Virus record (IMG/VR): IMGVR_UViG_3300031974_003279
Coordinates: 1-58,025 of that record
DNA length: 58,025 bases
From: a virus
Taxonomy: Duplodnaviria; Caudoviricetes
Strand: one strand, 5' to 3'
The position numbers and the translations under genes were made by a program. Shown here piece by piece: positions 28,416 to 36,410 of this stretch. Each line of letters opens with the position of its first letter. Positions within the stretch are counted from its first letter, which is position 1. The notes beneath the pieces are model-generated. The model was not told where the DNA came from and made no database searches. It saw nothing but the letters and a program-made list of their open reading frames with translations.

Positions 28416-29248
28416 TAGAAGATGTACCGTATGGTATTTACTGGCCAGAAATCTGAGTAGGCCTGCTTGAACCAACGCACATACTCCCGCTTGTTTTCGA
28501 TAGGGTACCGCATGACACCCCGGTTGTCTTTTAACTCGTAGGCATACTTCATCAAGCTCTTGACTTTATCTGTAGCCTTAGCCATTTGCTTTTCGTGGTT
28601 GGTCATAAAGATCACCTCGCACTTAGTCGGCTTGCTGTGTAGCTGTACCTTGTGGAATAGATTCAGGTACTCTTCACCCCAGTTGTCTGCTACGACTACC
28701 GGTGAGTAGTTGATGTGTACCTCCCAACCAAGATCCATAAGTCGATTGATGTCTCTGATGCGACTCATTATGTCCTGCATCTTAGGTTCCAGCACGTCAG
28801 AGTATACCTGAGGCATAAGACTTACGCGTACCCGTGGTGGCTTGTTAAAGTCACGCACATCAAGGGTGAGTAACCCAGGGTACTTTGTAGCCATTGTAGA
28901 ATTGACTGTAGGATGATCGTCGTACATTTTGAGGTACGATCTCAAGCCTCCTGGTATGTGACGTTGCATAAGTACTAAATCGCTGTTACAAGCGATATCT
29001 ACCATCATCCATTTGGGATCTTGTTGGTCCGGTACCTTATGGTAGGTCTCAGCCCACCTGGCAACAGACGCAAAGATTTCTTCGACGTTGTGGTTTACGA
29101 ATACACGATTACCGTTATGTCGTGCCATGTAGCAGTAGCTGTCCAGACAACCTCCGAAGCATCCGTAGATAAGGTTGGGTGCGATAGCATTTGCGCTGTT
29201 ATCATTTGGTTTGGTCTTAAGGGTTTTAGTGTTTTGGTGTTTGATCAT
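28415..29248 (-). CDS. Spore photoproduct lyase-like radical SAM protein
   Basis: GCFGGCLDSYCY cluster motif, DIACNSD, ATKY, RVRVSLMP, RI..IN.L...GWEVHINYSPV and MRY motifs resemble SplB-family proteins. Confidence 0.75.
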   Translation of the reverse strand: MIKHQNTKTLKTKPNDNSANAIAPNLIYGCFGGCLDSYCYMARHNGNRVFVNHNVEEIFASVARWAETYHKVPDQQDPKWMMVDIACNSDLVLMQRHIPGGLRSYLKMYDDHPTVNSTMATKYPGLLTLDVRDFNKPPRVRVSLMPQVYSDVLEPKMQDIMSRIRDINRLMDLGWEVHINYSPVVVADNWGEEYLNLFHKVQLHSKPTKCEVIFMTNHEKQMAKATDKVKSLMKYAYELKDNRGVMRYPIENKREYVRWFKQAYSDFWPVNTIRYIF

Positions 29249-29267
29249 AGTGCTTATTTAAACATAC

Positions 29268-29293
29268 AAAAAAGCCCCACATAAGTGAGGCTT
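29268..29293 (-). terminator. Intrinsic terminator-like hairpin + U-tract
   Basis: + strand AAAAAA-GCCCCAC-ATAA-GTGAGGC-TT. Confidence 0.7.
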
Positions 29294-29327
29294 AGTTGCT
29301 GATTTATAGCTAACAAATATGATCACA

Positions 29328-30629
29328 TCAGCAAATGATCTGTAGGATTGTTTTACCAGGTTGAGTCTTCTTGGCACTCTTGGCATTGTATGCTTCCAAC
29401 TCAGAGTTGATATTGTACCCAGGGTAATTCTTTACATGTGCGTCCTGATGATCAAGGATCTGCACGAAGCGGCGTCCATCTTTTACAACGTAGGCATTTG
29501 CCTGCGCTCTACTAAAGAGACTTAGTGCTCTCTCATTGTACGTATTGGAACCGGACAGTGATCCAGCACGTGCCGCAAACCCGTGGGTATGAGATATATG
29601 AATGTGTCCGGCAATGATGTAGTCTATCGGGGTACCTTGGAGATGGAACCTACCAATAGTAGACTGAGTCTTGTGCTGGTTGTCTGTGATCTTGGCGATG
29701 TCGTGAGTAATCAACCAGTTCTGGTCATTTACTTTGACAACGACCTCCATCTGATCGATCGACTTAAAGTGAATACCGTCAATACCGGAGGCAGCAATGA
29801 TCTGCTTTACACCACCCATCACGATCAAATCATAGTTCTCTGAGGCAACCTCGTCTGAGAAGCCTAGCTCTTGACCGATGCGGGATTCATTACCAAGCAC
29901 GCTTACTATATCGATACTGAATCCATGGGTACGTATCTCTGTAAGCGCTTGCACAATGATGTGCTGCAGTAGCAGAGCTGCTTTGGATCTATTGGTAGCC
30001 TGGTTCAGCATTTCGTCCAGGCGCCTATCTGAATTCAAAAGGTCCCCAGTGAAAGCACAGAGAACCTTTGATACGCGCATGGTCTTGAACCAATTGATAC
30101 AGTCGTGTACATACTGTCGTAATCTACTCGACAAGACATTGAAGTCATACTTGTTGTGCGGTAGATTGATCAGCTCGTTGGCATGTATGTCCGTAAACTG
30201 CATGATACCTATCCCAGTATGATCCGGATCATCTTCTATGACTCCGAACTCAGGAAGGTTTTGAGCAAGCTTGGTACCGTAGTCTTCGTAGACTTCTATA
30301 AGAGCGCTTGAGAATTCACCAATGGCATTCTCTAAACGAGCGTGCTCACGAAATGTCTTGTTGGCTATCCGGTTTTGGTCCCGGGCTTTTTGCAGCTTGG
30401 TCTCGGACTTGACGATCTGCTCACGGTACTCTTTGTCTACCTGACGATCCTGAAGAACCATGCGCACGATCCGCTTAATGGACTCGTACGAAGCTTTGTC
30501 AAGCCAGTCCGGGTAATCGTCAATTAGCCTATCGGCAACCTCTACCATGGTCATAGTGAGAGGATCGTAGTGGTAATCGTCGATCTTCTCTCGTACGAAA
30601 CTGGTTATGGAGCCGCCGTGACTACCCAT
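29328..30629 (-). CDS. Calcineurin-like metallophosphoesterase with N-terminal helical/coiled-coil region
   Basis: Motifs FTDIH, TGDL, GNES, THD, GHIH. Confidence 0.75.
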   Translation of the reverse strand: MGSHGGSITSFVREKIDDYHYDPLTMTMVEVADRLIDDYPDWLDKASYESIKRIVRMVLQDRQVDKEYREQIVKSETKLQKARDQNRIANKTFREHARLENAIGEFSSALIEVYEDYGTKLAQNLPEFGVIEDDPDHTGIGIMQFTDIHANELINLPHNKYDFNVLSSRLRQYVHDCINWFKTMRVSKVLCAFTGDLLNSDRRLDEMLNQATNRSKAALLLQHIIVQALTEIRTHGFSIDIVSVLGNESRIGQELGFSDEVASENYDLIVMGGVKQIIAASGIDGIHFKSIDQMEVVVKVNDQNWLITHDIAKITDNQHKTQSTIGRFHLQGTPIDYIIAGHIHISHTHGFAARAGSLSGSNTYNERALSLFSRAQANAYVVKDGRRFVQILDHQDAHVKNYPGYNINSELEAYNAKSAKKTQPGKTILQIIC

Positions 30630-30802
30630 TAATTAGAGACTGGTTCTTTTCTTCTCCATTGAAATACAAGGCTCCATACCGCAATCTGAATACAGAACTC
30701 GTAAAGATCACCTTCTTCGTCTGGATGAGGTACAGCAGAAATGTCTACACCAACTCCAAAAATGCGGTAATCGTTATTGTCAATGTAAAATCTAAACAAC
30801 AT
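30629..30802 (-). CDS. Small hypothetical protein (57 aa; below the ORF-track cutoff)
   Basis: MLFRFYIDNNDYRIFGVGVDISAVPHPDEEGDLYEFCIQIAVWSLVFQWRRKEPVSN; fills the gap exactly, TAATG-coupled to the next gene. Confidence 0.65.
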   Translation of the reverse strand: MLFRFYIDNNDYRIFGVGVDISAVPHPDEEGDLYEFCIQIAVWSLVFQWRRKEPVSN

Positions 30803-30804
30803 AA

Positions 30805-31374
30805 CTACTTCATTATTAGGTTAAATACCCATAGTGCCATTACTACAAGTGATATAAACATAGTTAAAGTCAGCCAAGGAGGCAAACAATACCATGGTGA
30901 TCTTGTTACGTCGGACAATTGATTTTGTAGAGAATCTACCTCAGCTTTGTGGTAGTTTGTTACAGAGTCAAGCTTCAGTTGGAAGGTCTGATTCAGCTCT
31001 TTCTTGGACTCAAATACTCGTTCGTTGACCTGCTCTTGAGTAAAACCTTTTACCACAATGGTACCGTCTTGAACAGTGACTGCTACGCTTTTACTCTTGA
31101 GGTTTACGATCTCAGCATTCTTTGCCATAAGTACTGAGTCACACAATAGCTTGAGTGACAAACGGATCTCGTGCGTGTCTGCTTTTACAACGGTTCGCTC
31201 TACAAACACACTGTCTTCCTGGATAGAAACAATTGAGTCTTGCAGTTGCGTGATCAAAGTATTCTGCACAGAGTCTTGTGCTTCGTACTGTGATACAGTC
31301 GACTCAAACTTTTTCTTAGTTACGCAGGAGCTTACTGCCAGGTACGCCAGCAGCAATACAAAACGTCGTTTCAT
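30805..31374 (-). CDS. Putative unimolecular spanin (lipoprotein)
   Basis: N-terminal lipoprotein signal (MKRRFVLLLAYLAVSS-C) plus C-terminal transmembrane helix, directly downstream of holin and endolysin. Confidence 0.7.
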   Translation of the reverse strand: MKRRFVLLLAYLAVSSCVTKKKFESTVSQYEAQDSVQNTLITQLQDSIVSIQEDSVFVERTVVKADTHEIRLSLKLLCDSVLMAKNAEIVNLKSKSVAVTVQDGTIVVKGFTQEQVNERVFESKKELNQTFQLKLDSVTNYHKAEVDSLQNQLSDVTRSPWYCLPPWLTLTMFISLVVMALWVFNLIMK

Positions 31375-31649
31375 TAGGATACTTTCTTAGTGAACTTTTC
31401 AAATAGAACTTCAATAGTCTTCAAACCTCCGAACCCAATAAGGAATGCGGCACCATGGCCTGCAGAGTCAGGGAGTGATGCCCAGTCTAGAACCAATGGG
31501 GTCAAATAATTGGCTCCCATTGTACCACCCACTACGGATATGACTTGTTCTTTTAGACTTTTACCTTTTCGGGCTGTGATCAGTGATCCGAAAAAGCCGC
31601 TTATTACTAAGCCAATGTTTATACCGAATTGGGTGAGGTCGAACTTCAT
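31374..31649 (-). CDS. Putative holin
   Basis: About 91 aa with three hydrophobic segments and basic C-terminus; likely start MKFDL overlaps the amidase stop (ATGA). Confidence 0.7.
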   Translation of the reverse strand: MKFDLTQFGINIGLVISGFFGSLITARKGKSLKEQVISVVGGTMGANYLTPLVLDWASLPDSAGHGAAFLIGFGGLKTIEVLFEKFTKKVS

Positions 31650-32053
31650 AGCGTAAACTTGTCTGACACTTTGAAGCTTGGACAAGCTTTTGAGCTTACT
31701 TCATTATGTCCAATTAATTTTTCAATGGTTGGGTATGATTTCTTGAGTTCCAGAATCAAAGCTTGCATAGCAGCTTCTTGAGTTTCTGTAAGAGTATCCT
31801 TAGGATTTCCTTCGGAATCAGTACCTCCTATGTAGCAGATACCGATCGATTTCCGGTTGTAACCTTTAGCGTGTGCACCAATCTTTTCAATGGGTCTTCC
31901 AACGTTCATGGTACCATCCAGCGTAATAACAAAATGGTATCCTATGTCGCTCCAGCCCCTGGCTTTGTGCCACTTACGGATTTCTGAGACAGATACATCA
32001 CGTCCCTCCGGCGTTGCAGAGCAGTGAACAATGATCGTATCTACGGGTCTCAT
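31646..32053 (-). CDS. N-acetylmuramoyl-L-alanine amidase endolysin (T7 lysozyme/Amidase_2-like)
   Basis: IIVHCSAT, DIGYHF, GAHAKGYN, SIGICYIGG, GHNEVSSKACPSF zinc-amidase motifs. Confidence 0.93.
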   Translation of the reverse strand: MRPVDTIIVHCSATPEGRDVSVSEIRKWHKARGWSDIGYHFVITLDGTMNVGRPIEKIGAHAKGYNRKSIGICYIGGTDSEGNPKDTLTETQEAAMQALILELKKSYPTIEKLIGHNEVSSKACPSFKVSDKFTL

Positions 32054-32070
32054 TTTATCAAAAGGTTTAT

Positions 32071-32104
32071 CAAAAATACGACTATGTCACGTAGTCCATC
32101 TAAC
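32071..32104 (-). promoter_or_regulatory. Putative late promoter GTTAGA-N20-TATTTTTG for the lysis cassette
   Basis: - strand reads GTTAGA-TGGACTACGTGACATAGTCG-TATTTTTG, 17 nt before the amidase ATG and just after a terminator. Confidence 0.6.
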
Positions 32105-32116
32105 TAAAAATGTTAC

Positions 32117-32140
32117 AAAAAAGCCCTGTTTCCAGGGCTT
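32117..32140 (-). terminator. Intrinsic terminator-like hairpin + U-tract
   Basis: AAAAAA-GCCCTG-TTTC-CAGGGC-TT after UDG. Confidence 0.8.
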
Positions 32141-32147
32141 TAGTGCA

Positions 32148-32921
32148 TCAGAAGGGAGCTTCATCAGTTCCAACCAATTCTTCAGGTTGGTTTCGCATAT
32201 CGAAATGCCATTTGATTGGCTTACGATTTAGGTTGTAAGCAGGATCTGTCAGAACAGTATTAGCATGTACGAAACAGTCTGATCCAACGATACCTACGCC
32301 ATCGTGTTTAGCTCTTGCAGGGTGTGATGTTTCGATCACAGCTGTAAGAGATCTTGCATAATGGCTGATCGTGTTGCGTGCTACGGCACCCATAGCAATA
32401 ATTGGTATACCTGGGTTCATGTAAGCAATGCGATCAATAAGCATGCTGACAACAGGTTGCCACCAAACTAGGTGGCATTTACTGTTGTGGTAGCCTTGCA
32501 TTACAGTCATGGAAGAGTTGATGGGCAACACGCCTTGCATACACCAGGACTCAAGAGTCCAGTCAAGTGTAATACTTGCAAGGCATTCACCGCTGCGTTC
32601 TATCTCGTTCATGATGTTTTGCAGACTGAGAGTCATCCCAATAGACTCGGGTATACCAAAGGCAATACCTGTAGCCTGTTCGGTTTCAGGGTAAGGGTCC
32701 TGACCGATAACAATACAGTTGACTTCGCTGGGATTCATGAACTCAAATGGCTTCCATACATTACGAGGTCTAGGGCAGAACTTGTGCTCGCCGAATTCCA
32801 CATGGTCTCCTTTGAGTTTCTTGTCAAGCTCAGCCCAAGCAGCTGAATTGAATACATCTTGGAACAGTTCAGTCCACTTGATCATCCGGTCCGTCTGACC
32901 GTTCGGTAGAAATGGTGACAT
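32148..32921 (-). CDS. ung: Uracil-DNA glycosylase, family 1
   Basis: GQDPYP, ATGIAF, WCMQGVLPIN, SHP motifs. Confidence 0.88.
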   Translation of the reverse strand: MSPFLPNGQTDRMIKWTELFQDVFNSAAWAELDKKLKGDHVEFGEHKFCPRPRNVWKPFEFMNPSEVNCIVIGQDPYPETEQATGIAFGIPESIGMTLSLQNIMNEIERSGECLASITLDWTLESWCMQGVLPINSSMTVMQGYHNSKCHLVWWQPVVSMLIDRIAYMNPGIPIIAMGAVARNTISHYARSLTAVIETSHPARAKHDGVGIVGSDCFVHANTVLTDPAYNLNRKPIKWHFDMRNQPEELVGTDEAPF

Positions 32922-33768
32922 TGTCTTTAGGGTTTACTTTTTTAAGGTTTGGCATTTGTAATGTTTCGTCAAATGTCTCGTCTCCATTAGGAGCGTGACA
33001 TAGTTCTGCGTCTTTTGATATCTCCGTACCAATTTGCTCAGATAAAACCGCTCTAAGATTTTCTGATTTTTCGAAACGCATTTTCCATATATGTGCACGA
33101 TCTGTATTAGGTGCCCATTGATAAACTTTCTGTCTGTAATCCTCTGGGAACTCAGACCATTTACCAGATAGATACAATGAGAAGATATCATCATACTTTT
33201 CAGGTATCTTGAATACATACATGTCATGATATTCGTCAGCTTGAAAGTGTTCTACATAGTTTTCGTGCTTAGTAAGATTCAAGTACTTGTCGTTTGTACT
33301 TAGTAATCCATACACATCTTTGTTGAACATAGCCGTACGAAATAGTACATATATGTGACCGTACTTGATCTCATCAAGCTCTACTTTATGATAAATGTTA
33401 GCAAGACAGAGACCTACACCAAGCATAGTCTTGAGTCTGAAGGTTTCTGTAAGCAACATTGGACCTAAGATGTAATAGGCAAGACTTAGTCTATGAGATC
33501 TTATGTACCATAAGGACGCAGAAGGATTGTTCTTCGTTCTAATGCTAACACTCTCAATAGAGCCTGCCATATAGTAACGGGTTTTCCTAGAAGCATACTT
33601 GTTGATACTTTCATCTAGTATATAAACTTTGCCTTTCTCCATTTCATAAGGAGTACCGTTATTGTCAAAGACAATCTTAGATACTTCTCCTGTATGGGTA
33701 TACTCAATGCCAATTGGTGTGTCGTCAATAACAACACGAGTAAAGTCGGCATTAGGAATTATTCTCAT
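32869..33768 (-). CDS. Hypothetical protein
   Basis: 299-aa ORF coupled to its neighbours; no motif recognised. Confidence 0.6.
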   Translation of the reverse strand: MRIIPNADFTRVVIDDTPIGIEYTHTGEVSKIVFDNNGTPYEMEKGKVYILDESINKYASRKTRYYMAGSIESVSIRTKNNPSASLWYIRSHRLSLAYYILGPMLLTETFRLKTMLGVGLCLANIYHKVELDEIKYGHIYVLFRTAMFNKDVYGLLSTNDKYLNLTKHENYVEHFQADEYHDMYVFKIPEKYDDIFSLYLSGKWSEFPEDYRQKVYQWAPNTDRAHIWKMRFEKSENLRAVLSEQIGTEISKDAELCHAPNGDETFDETLQMPNLKKVNPKDNVTISTERSDGPDDQVD

Positions 33769-34889
33769 ACGATATGTCCGGTTTGATCGTTAGCCGTAAA
33801 CTGAGGATGCATTCTGTAGTCCTGCGTATTCTGCAAGTGAAGCATCTGAGCCATGATTGTTGGTACCGTAGGGAACTCTCTTGAGCCATGCTTACGAGAT
33901 AGTCCATGCATCATGCTGAACTTTATAAGCTTCTGTGATGGCACGATCCAACGTATTGGAGACTCTATGTTTTCACTCTGAACAACAAAGTCAAATGGAC
34001 TGTCCACCAACTTGTACTCGTCGCTGAGATTCTTTTCTGCAAGTACCTCATATAATGAAGACTGGATGAATTTGTACCCTGCATAGTAGTGGTAGTCCCA
34101 GCTGGTTGCATATACACTGTACTTTAGATCGACGATCTTTACAGTCTTTTCAACTGTGTTGACTATGACCATGTCAAGGATACCACGGATAGTGATTTCA
34201 TCATCTGGATTGAACTCGTAATCATATGATAACTGATCGACCAACACACCAAAGAGATTGGCCATAGTTGTAGTATGCTCCAATGGTACCTGCCAGTAGA
34301 CATGTACATTAGGATCGTCATCGATCTTATACCAGTGGTTAAGCATCCGACGAGTTTCTGTAGCACGATCTTCGATCTGATCTACTACAGCCTGCTCCAT
34401 AACAATACCGCCGTTTGCAAGCTTCTTTTCAATGGTCATGTTTTCCAACACAAACTCTCCGAAAGAATGATTCTCTGAGAAAGCAATGGCTTTCTTCATA
34501 CGACTCTCTTCTTTCTTGAGCTGACCAAAAAGCATCTTGCCCTCTGCATCCAATTGATTCATACAGTTCAGAGCATCCTGACCAGTCCAAGCTTCTTTAC
34601 CAAGAAGAGATAGCCTCTGAGCCAAGGTCAACTCTTGACCTGTCAGCATCTCGCACTTACGTACAACGACAAAGTCAGGCACTGCACCGTACTGAACGAT
34701 GTGTTCGAAGACATTACCTTTCTTGATGGACTGGTAGTCATCCATCTTGTCACGTTCTTCTTGAGCGGTATCTGGATCAAGTCGTCTAAGCTTACCTTCA
34801 GCTAAGCTTACAAGATCTGACTGGTGGATACCACCTTTTGGGTCCTCGCACACTGTGAGAGGCATCCCGGGAAATGAGTTTTTACTCAT
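33765..34889 (-). CDS. PD-(D/E)xK exonuclease-like protein
   Basis: KGNVFEH, RGILDMVIV, IVDLK, Y..Q..LY motifs. Confidence 0.75.
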   Translation of the reverse strand: MSKNSFPGMPLTVCEDPKGGIHQSDLVSLAEGKLRRLDPDTAQEERDKMDDYQSIKKGNVFEHIVQYGAVPDFVVVRKCEMLTGQELTLAQRLSLLGKEAWTGQDALNCMNQLDAEGKMLFGQLKKEESRMKKAIAFSENHSFGEFVLENMTIEKKLANGGIVMEQAVVDQIEDRATETRRMLNHWYKIDDDPNVHVYWQVPLEHTTTMANLFGVLVDQLSYDYEFNPDDEITIRGILDMVIVNTVEKTVKIVDLKYSVYATSWDYHYYAGYKFIQSSLYEVLAEKNLSDEYKLVDSPFDFVVQSENIESPIRWIVPSQKLIKFSMMHGLSRKHGSREFPTVPTIMAQMLHLQNTQDYRMHPQFTANDQTGHIV

Positions 34890-34910
34890 GGTTAAAATAT
34901 TTTGGTTAGT

Positions 34911-34935
34911 AAAAAAAGCCCCAGTTAAGGGGCTT
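34911..34935 (-). terminator. Intrinsic terminator-like hairpin + U-tract
   Basis: AAAAAAA-GCCCC-AGTTAA-GGGGC-TT. Confidence 0.75.
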
Positions 34936-34943
34936 TAGTTCGA

Positions 34944-36410
34944 TCAGAGAATGCTCTTACGAGACAGTACTTTGTCTCGAATGTTGAGCATCAGCTCTTT
35001 GATGTCTGCTTTGTTGAGTACTTGGTTGAACTGATAGTTAACCAATTCCTCAGCGCTGGTATTCTTGACCAAGTCTTTGATGTAATCCTTGGTTACTTGA
35101 CAGTAATCCTTGGACTGCTCAGACTCAAGCGTCATGTTGGGGCTGATGATCGCACCCTCTTTGTCGCGCTTGACCAGGTCAAATGGCAGGTACTCACATA
35201 CACGCATCTTGTAACCGGTACCATACTCATAAGGCACAGCCACAATGTTCTGCGGGTTGATCAGACACATGATCTGCTTGTCGCCGAAGCCTTGGATACC
35301 GAATCGTTCGGAACCAACATGCAATCCGCGAGAGCAGGATACGTTTGGATCTGCATCACAGTCCTGACGAGGCATGCTTACAGGTGTACGCATACGGATC
35401 GTCATAGTGTGAGTATGTGCGTCAGTGAATACTTCATTCTCTGCAGGACGCATCTTTGCATTGGACAAAGTCTCGAGCACATCGAAGTACGTACCTTCAT
35501 ACTGATAGCGAACCTCTTTAGATAAGGTTCTAACATACTCACTAGATGCATAAGAGTCGTGAGGCCTGTCGCCTACCATTTTATTGTACAACTTCTTAGC
35601 ATACTTTCTAACATTGCCGTACGAATTATTGATAGGATAGACGGTCTTGTATCTCTTGTACCGCAGCTGGCTTACAGATGGTGCACGAGTCTTGGAGTTG
35701 TTGATATACAACTGCTCCATACCATTGTCAAGAATGACACGCCATACATGCATCTGATGCTCGAACAGACCGTGACCACGGAAGTTTTCTTTCAGATCAT
35801 ACATTTGATCAAGAGTCTCCTCGAAGTCAATAGTAGGTGCTTTGTCCTCTGATTCAGTATGCTTGTGCACAACTGAACGATATGCTACGAAGAAACCTTC
35901 GGGAGTCAAACTCAAGTTCAGATCCGTGATAAATCTGAAGGCACCCTCGCGTGCCTCAGGGTCTGGGTTCAGGATCAGCCAGCGCCAGAAATTAAATAGA
36001 GACTGCATGTCTTCGTCTGTTTGACTACGACGAATGATCTCACGAATGATGACCTCCGGCATGGATACATCGATGCCATCAAGGCATACACGACCTTCGA
36101 TCAGACTGATCTCTGGATACCTGGCTTGGATTTGCTTGATCTTGGCCAGCAATGCAGACATCTCAACACTCTTCGAAATACCCTCTGACATCTCTACTGG
36201 AGAAATGTAAGTGGTGATCGTGTTTCTAAATATGTCTACATGATCCGGATCTATAGGATCAAGCGCATCAAACCATTGGACGAAATCATCGACTTCGTCC
36301 TGGTTATTCATTGTCAAACGATGCATTGGTTCAGAGGAGAAAGCTACTGTGATCTTGTCTCCTACAACGGTCAGCTTTTTACGCTGTTTTACTTCTGTCT
36401 TAATCGACAT
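34944..36410 (-). CDS. rIIB: rIIB-like protein
   Basis: NFWRWLILNP, TPEGFFVAYR, CSRGLHVG, INPQNIVAVP, KMRVCEY; adjacent to rIIA. Confidence 0.85.
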   Translation of the reverse strand: MSIKTEVKQRKKLTVVGDKITVAFSSEPMHRLTMNNQDEVDDFVQWFDALDPIDPDHVDIFRNTITTYISPVEMSEGISKSVEMSALLAKIKQIQARYPEISLIEGRVCLDGIDVSMPEVIIREIIRRSQTDEDMQSLFNFWRWLILNPDPEAREGAFRFITDLNLSLTPEGFFVAYRSVVHKHTESEDKAPTIDFEETLDQMYDLKENFRGHGLFEHQMHVWRVILDNGMEQLYINNSKTRAPSVSQLRYKRYKTVYPINNSYGNVRKYAKKLYNKMVGDRPHDSYASSEYVRTLSKEVRYQYEGTYFDVLETLSNAKMRPAENEVFTDAHTHTMTIRMRTPVSMPRQDCDADPNVSCSRGLHVGSERFGIQGFGDKQIMCLINPQNIVAVPYEYGTGYKMRVCEYLPFDLVKRDKEGAIISPNMTLESEQSKDYCQVTKDYIKDLVKNTSAEELVNYQFNQVLNKADIKELMLNIRDKVLSRKSIL

